Shown here: positions 60,459 to 64,000 of the stretch, one piece after another
Layout of the letters: every line of letters starts with the position of its first letter
Numbering within the stretch: position 1 is the stretch's first letter
Source of the DNA: an uncultured Eubacteriales bacterium
GTDB taxonomy: Bacteria > Bacillota > Clostridia > Oscillospirales > Oscillospiraceae
Length of the DNA stretch: 64,000 bases
NCBI GenBank assembly: GCA_900319635.1
Contig: ONPF01000014.1
Span: 21,009 to 85,008 of the forward strand
Direction: 5' to 3'
Made by a program: the position numbers and the translations under genes
The notes under the pieces: model-generated
The model's database searches: none
The model's input: only the letters and a program-made list of their open reading frames with translations
What the model was told of the DNA's origin: nothing

Positions 60459-61157
60459 TTAAAATATCAGTTTGCCCAGCTCAAAGCCGCCCCGGAGCAC
60501 CGGATCCAGCAGGTCGATCCCCTTCTCCAGCAGCCACATGAGCGGCCCGTCGATGACGCCGCTGTAGAGCAGCACCAGCAGCACCACAAAGCCGTAGCGC
60601 TCGTACTGCATCAGCTTCCAGTAGGCTTCCTCCGGCAGGAGGGAGAACACGACCTTGGAGCCGTCCAGCGGTGGGATGGGCAGGATGTTGAAGATCGCCA
60701 TGGCCATGCTGAGCGAGGCCGTCATGCCCAGCATCTCCAGCGCCACCTTGCCCGCCGCGCTGCCATAGAGCGCCGGGGTCAGCAGGCCATAGAGGAAGAG
60801 AAAGACCACCGCGATGAGCACGTTGCTCCCGGGTCCGGCCAGCGCCGTCACCGCCATGCCTCGCTTGGGGTTTTTGAACTTCAGCATGTTGACCGGCACG
60901 GGCTTTGCGTAGCCGAAGCCGAAGATCACCATCATCAAAAGTCCCATGGGATCCAGGTGCTTGATGGGGTTCAGGGTCAGGCGCCCGGCCTTCTTGGCCG
61001 TATCGTCCCCCAGGGCATAGGCCACCGCCCCGTGGCTCAGCTCATGGAGCGTGATGCACAGCAGCGCGGGGATCACCCGCATCAGCATCTGCTGTACGCC
61101 TCCAAAGTCAAAGCCGTTCCATATTTCCCGCAGCGCGTCGATTGCCTTCACCCCCAT
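60459..61157 (-). CDS. Site-2 protease family (M50) membrane metalloprotease
   Basis: HELSHG zinc motif in a multi-TM protein. Confidence 0.85.
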   Translation of the reverse strand: MGVKAIDALREIWNGFDFGGVQQMLMRVIPALLCITLHELSHGAVAYALGDDTAKKAGRLTLNPIKHLDPMGLLMMVIFGFGYAKPVPVNMLKFKNPKRGMAVTALAGPGSNVLIAVVFLFLYGLLTPALYGSAAGKVALEMLGMTASLSMAMAIFNILPIPPLDGSKVVFSLLPEEAYWKLMQYERYGFVVLLVLLYSGVIDGPLMWLLEKGIDLLDPVLRGGFELGKLIF

Positions 61158-61182
61158 AATACAGTTATTTTACCAAAGAAAG

Positions 61183-61234
61183 AAAAAAAATACAAGGACG
61201 AGACGGAAAAAACCGTCGCGTTCTTGTATTTTTT
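61183..61234 (-). terminator. Terminator after engB
   Basis: Nested stems aaaaaatacaag..cttgtatttttt enclosing gacgg..ccgtc. Confidence 0.65.
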
Positions 61235-61824
61235 CATAACAGGCTCATGATCTCCGCCAGAAGCTGTTCCCGTCCCTGTCCCTTCTCCGCGGAAAAGGGG
61301 ATCAGCGGCACGGACTCCGGCAGCTCCAGCGTTTCCCGGATGCAGGCCAGATTCGGCTCGATCTCGCTCTTTTTCAGCTTGTCCAGCTTGTTGGCCACCA
61401 CCGCAAAGCGGCGGCCGGAGCTCTTGAACCAGGCTGCCATGGTGCCGTCGTCCGCCGTGGGCTTGTGCCGGGCGTCCACGATCATGACCCCCAGGTCAAA
61501 GGAGCCGGGATCCGCGAAGAAGTCCTCCATGAGCTTTCCCCAGCGATCCCGCTCCGCCTGGGACACCTTGGCAAAGCCGTAGCCCGGCAGATCCACGAAA
61601 TAGAGCTTGCCGTCGATGAGAAAGTAGTTCACATGGACGGTCTTCCCCGGCTGGGCACCTACCCGGGCGAAGTTTTTGCGGTTCAGCATCCGGTTGATGA
61701 CGGAGCTTTTACCCACATTGGACTTGCCCGCGAAGGCCACCGTCGGCACGGAGCTGTGGATGAACTGAGCCGGCGCGGCGGCGGATTTCACGAAGTCCGC
61801 CTTGTTTACATTCAGCGTCGCCAT
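61234..61824 (-). CDS. engB: Ribosome-biogenesis GTPase YsxC/EngB
   Basis: GKSNVGKSS (G1), DLPGYG (G3), NKLDK (G4). It is downstream of lon, as in Bacillus. Confidence 0.95.
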   Translation of the reverse strand: MATLNVNKADFVKSAAAPAQFIHSSVPTVAFAGKSNVGKSSVINRMLNRKNFARVGAQPGKTVHVNYFLIDGKLYFVDLPGYGFAKVSQAERDRWGKLMEDFFADPGSFDLGVMIVDARHKPTADDGTMAAWFKSSGRRFAVVANKLDKLKKSEIEPNLACIRETLELPESVPLIPFSAEKGQGREQLLAEIMSLL

Positions 61825-61827
61825 GGC

Positions 61828-64000
61828 TCACACCCGGATCGGCTCTCTGCCCTTGGCGGCGGGCACCGCAGCGGGCAGGGGCATGGTCTCGTGCAGCTCG
61901 CCCCGCAGCAGCGCCACGTCCAGCGCGGCGTCCGCGTGATCCACCGGCACAAAGTGCAGCTGCTGCCGCACGGTCTGGTCGATCTCCTGCAGGTCGGGCT
62001 CGTTCTCCGCGGGGATGATGACGGTCTTGACCCCGGCGCGCAGCGCCGCCATGGTCTTCTCCCGCAGGCCCCCGATGGGCAGCACCCGGCCGCGCAGGGT
62101 GATCTCCCCGGTCATGGCCACGTCGCTGCGCACCGGCGTCCCGGTGAGGGCGGAGATGAGGGCGATGGTCACGGTGATGCCGGCGGAGGGGCCGTCCTTG
62201 GGCACCGCGCCCTCCGGGAAGTGCAGGTGGATGTCGTTATTCTTATAGAAGTCCGGGTCGATGCCCAGGCGCTCGGCCCGGGAGCGGATGTAGGTCACGG
62301 CCGCCCGGGCGGACTCCTTCATCACGTCGCCCAGGTTGCCGGTGAGTTCCAGCTTACCGGAGCCGGGAATCACAGCGGCCTCCACGTCCAGCACCTCGCC
62401 GCCCACGGCGGTATAGGCCAGGCCGCGAACCAGGCCGACCTCCGGCCGGGTGCGCAGGGCGTCGGGCTTGAACTTCGCCGGGCCCAGCAGGGGCTCCAGC
62501 TGCCCGGCCTTCACCCGCAGGCTCTTATATGTTCCCTCGGCGATCCCGGAGGCTGCCTTGCGGCAGACGGCGGCCAGCTCCCGCTCCAGCAGACGCACGC
62601 CGGATTCCCGGGTATAGCTGCGGATCATCTCGCGGATGGCGGCGTCGTCCACCTTCAGCTGCACCGCCTTCAGGCCGTGCTTTTTCCGCTGCTTGGGCAG
62701 CAGGTGGCGCTTGGCGATCTGCAGCTTCTCCTCATCGGTGTAGCTGGAGAGCTCAATGACCTCCATGCGATCCAGCAGCGCCCGGGGGATGGTGTTCAGA
62801 TCGTTTGCGGTGGTGATGAAGAACACGCTGGAGAGGTCGAAGGGCAGTTCCAGAAAGTGATCCCGGAAGCTCGCGTTCTGCTCCGGATCCAGCGCCTCCA
62901 GGAGCGCCGCGCTGGGGTCGCCCCGATAGTCGGCGCCCAGCTTGTCGATTTCATCCAGCACCATCAGGGGGTTGCAGCTGCCCGCCTGCTGGATGCCGGT
63001 GATGATGCGGCCCGGCATGGAGCCGATGTAGGTCTTGCGGTGGCCGCGGATCTCCGCCTCGTCCCGGATGCCGCCCAGAGACACCCGCACCAGCTTCCGC
63101 CCGGTGGCGTGCGCCACGCTCATGGCGATGCTGGTCTTGCCGGTGCCCGGAGGGCCCACCAGGCAGAGAAGTCCGCCCTTGATGTCCGGGGAGAGCTGCT
63201 TCACGGCCAGGTATTCCAGGATGCGCTCCTTGACCTTCTCCAGGCCGAAGTGCTCGTCGTCTAGGATCTTGCGGGCTTTCGCGATGTCCAGGGTCTCCGG
63301 GGTCTTTTTGCCCCAGGGCAGCTCCAGGCAGGTGTCCAGATAGCCCCGGATCACCGCCGCCTCGGCAGAGCCGAAGGGCTGCTTCTGCAGGCGGCTCAGC
63401 TCCTTTTTCAGCTTGTCGCGGACTTCCTCTGAGGCGTCCAGCGCCTCGATCTTCCGGCGGTACTCGTCGTAATCGTCTACGGAGCCGTCCTCGCCCAACT
63501 CGGCCTGGATGATCTTCAGCTCTTCCCGCAGGTAGTACTCCCGCTGACCCCGGTTCATGGCCTCCTGGGTCTGGTCATTGAGCTCCTTCTCGATGCTGAG
63601 CACGTCCAGCTCCTTGCTGAGCATCCGGATCAGCAGTGTGAGGCGCCGGGCGGCGCCGGCCTCCTCCAGCAGCTGCTGCTTCTCCTCCACCCGGAAGTGG
63701 ACGTTCTGGGCGATGTAGTCCGAGACATAGCCCGGATTGGGATTGGCCAGCACGTTCAGGATCTGCTCCCCCGGCATCTCCGGGTTCATCTGCAGATACT
63801 CCTGGAACAGGGACACGCAGCTTCGCAGCAGCGCCTCCGTCCGGGCCGCGCCCGCGCGCTCCTCCTTCACCGGCAGGGGGCGCAGAAGGGCGCTGTAGCC
63901 CTTGGGATCGGTGTGGATCTCCTCGGCCTCGGCCCGGTACAGGCCTTCCACCATCACGCGGCACATGCCGCCCTGGGGCTGGCGCAGCTGCTGCCGGATG
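61828..64000 (-). CDS. lon: ATP-dependent Lon protease (N-terminus outside window)
   Basis: GPPGTGKTS Walker A, the sensor region, and the protease domain [10 protein letters not shown] (catalytic Ser). The frame stays open to the window edge. Confidence 0.95.
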   Translation of the reverse strand, partial: IRQQLRQPQGGMCRVMVEGLYRAEAEEIHTDPKGYSALLRPLPVKEERAGAARTEALLRSCVSLFQEYLQMNPEMPGEQILNVLANPNPGYVSDYIAQNVHFRVEEKQQLLEEAGAARRLTLLIRMLSKELDVLSIEKELNDQTQEAMNRGQREYYLREELKIIQAELGEDGSVDDYDEYRRKIEALDASEEVRDKLKKELSRLQKQPFGSAEAAVIRGYLDTCLELPWGKKTPETLDIAKARKILDDEHFGLEKVKERILEYLAVKQLSPDIKGGLLCLVGPPGTGKTSIAMSVAHATGRKLVRVSLGGIRDEAEIRGHRKTYIGSMPGRIITGIQQAGSCNPLMVLDEIDKLGADYRGDPSAALLEALDPEQNASFRDHFLELPFDLSSVFFITTANDLNTIPRALLDRMEVIELSSYTDEEKLQIAKRHLLPKQRKKHGLKAVQLKVDDAAIREMIRSYTRESGVRLLERELAAVCRKAASGIAEGTYKSLRVKAGQLEPLLGPAKFKPDALRTRPEVGLVRGLAYTAVGGEVLDVEAAVIPGSGKLELTGNLGDVMKESARAAVTYIRSRAERLGIDPDFYKNNDIHLHFPEGAVPKDGPSAGITVTIALISALTGTPVRSDVAMTGEITLRGRVLPIGGLREKTMAALRAGVKTVIIPAENEPDLQEIDQTVRQQLHFVPVDHADAALDVALLRGELHETMPLPAAVPAAKGREPIRV

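Noticed and set aside
1-64000. Looked for a prophage, an integrative element, a restriction-modification or toxin-antitoxin system, an abortive-infection or other defence island, and a biosynthetic gene cluster.
   Set aside because: No integrase, recombinase, transposase, nuclease/methylase pair, small toxin-antitoxin gene pair, capsid or terminase gene, or core biosynthetic enzyme was recognised. Gene content is largely conserved housekeeping apart from the items reported as findings.

Overview
This is a GC-rich chromosome segment with strong G/C third-position bias, which produces many long antisense shadow ORFs. It looks like a spore-forming Clostridia genome; an Oscillospiraceae-like gut anaerobe is an inference from ytfJ, DUF2953, SpoIIE-type PP2C, the IspH-S1 fusion and a dockerin protein. 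I support about 50 protein genes, mostly housekeeping: ptsI/ptsH, recJ, relA, dtd, galE, pfkA, a parE/parC-like pair, tmcAL, ackA, dut, the ispH-S1 fusion, cmk, rluB, dacB-like, scpA/scpB, engB and lon. I saw no rRNA, tRNA, CRISPR array, transposase, integrase or recognisable defence genes. The best candidate for an undescribed system is a tightly packed five-gene minus-strand operon (12900..18683) with no sigma factor: STAS, a membrane-sensor PP2C, a STAS/APH-like kinase/RsbW-like GHKL triple fusion, a PHP phosphoesterase and a DUF218 membrane protein. Other points worth a second look:
- A PTS EIIBCA/HPr/EI operon is joined to a Cof-type HAD phosphatase and an amylosucrase-type GH13 enzyme.
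- An 1888-aa secreted dockerin protein is built from an unnamed, roughly 115-aa repeated domain.
- Stop codons recur with a 7-nt period (so they fall in all three frames) at gene ends and beside terminators.
- Three intergenic regions are packed with GC-rich hairpins.
- A MITE-like repeat family has three loci sharing an identical 35-nt core.
- The GntP permease gene is frameshifted.
All functional calls rest on motif recognition by eye in the supplied translations; no database search was run.
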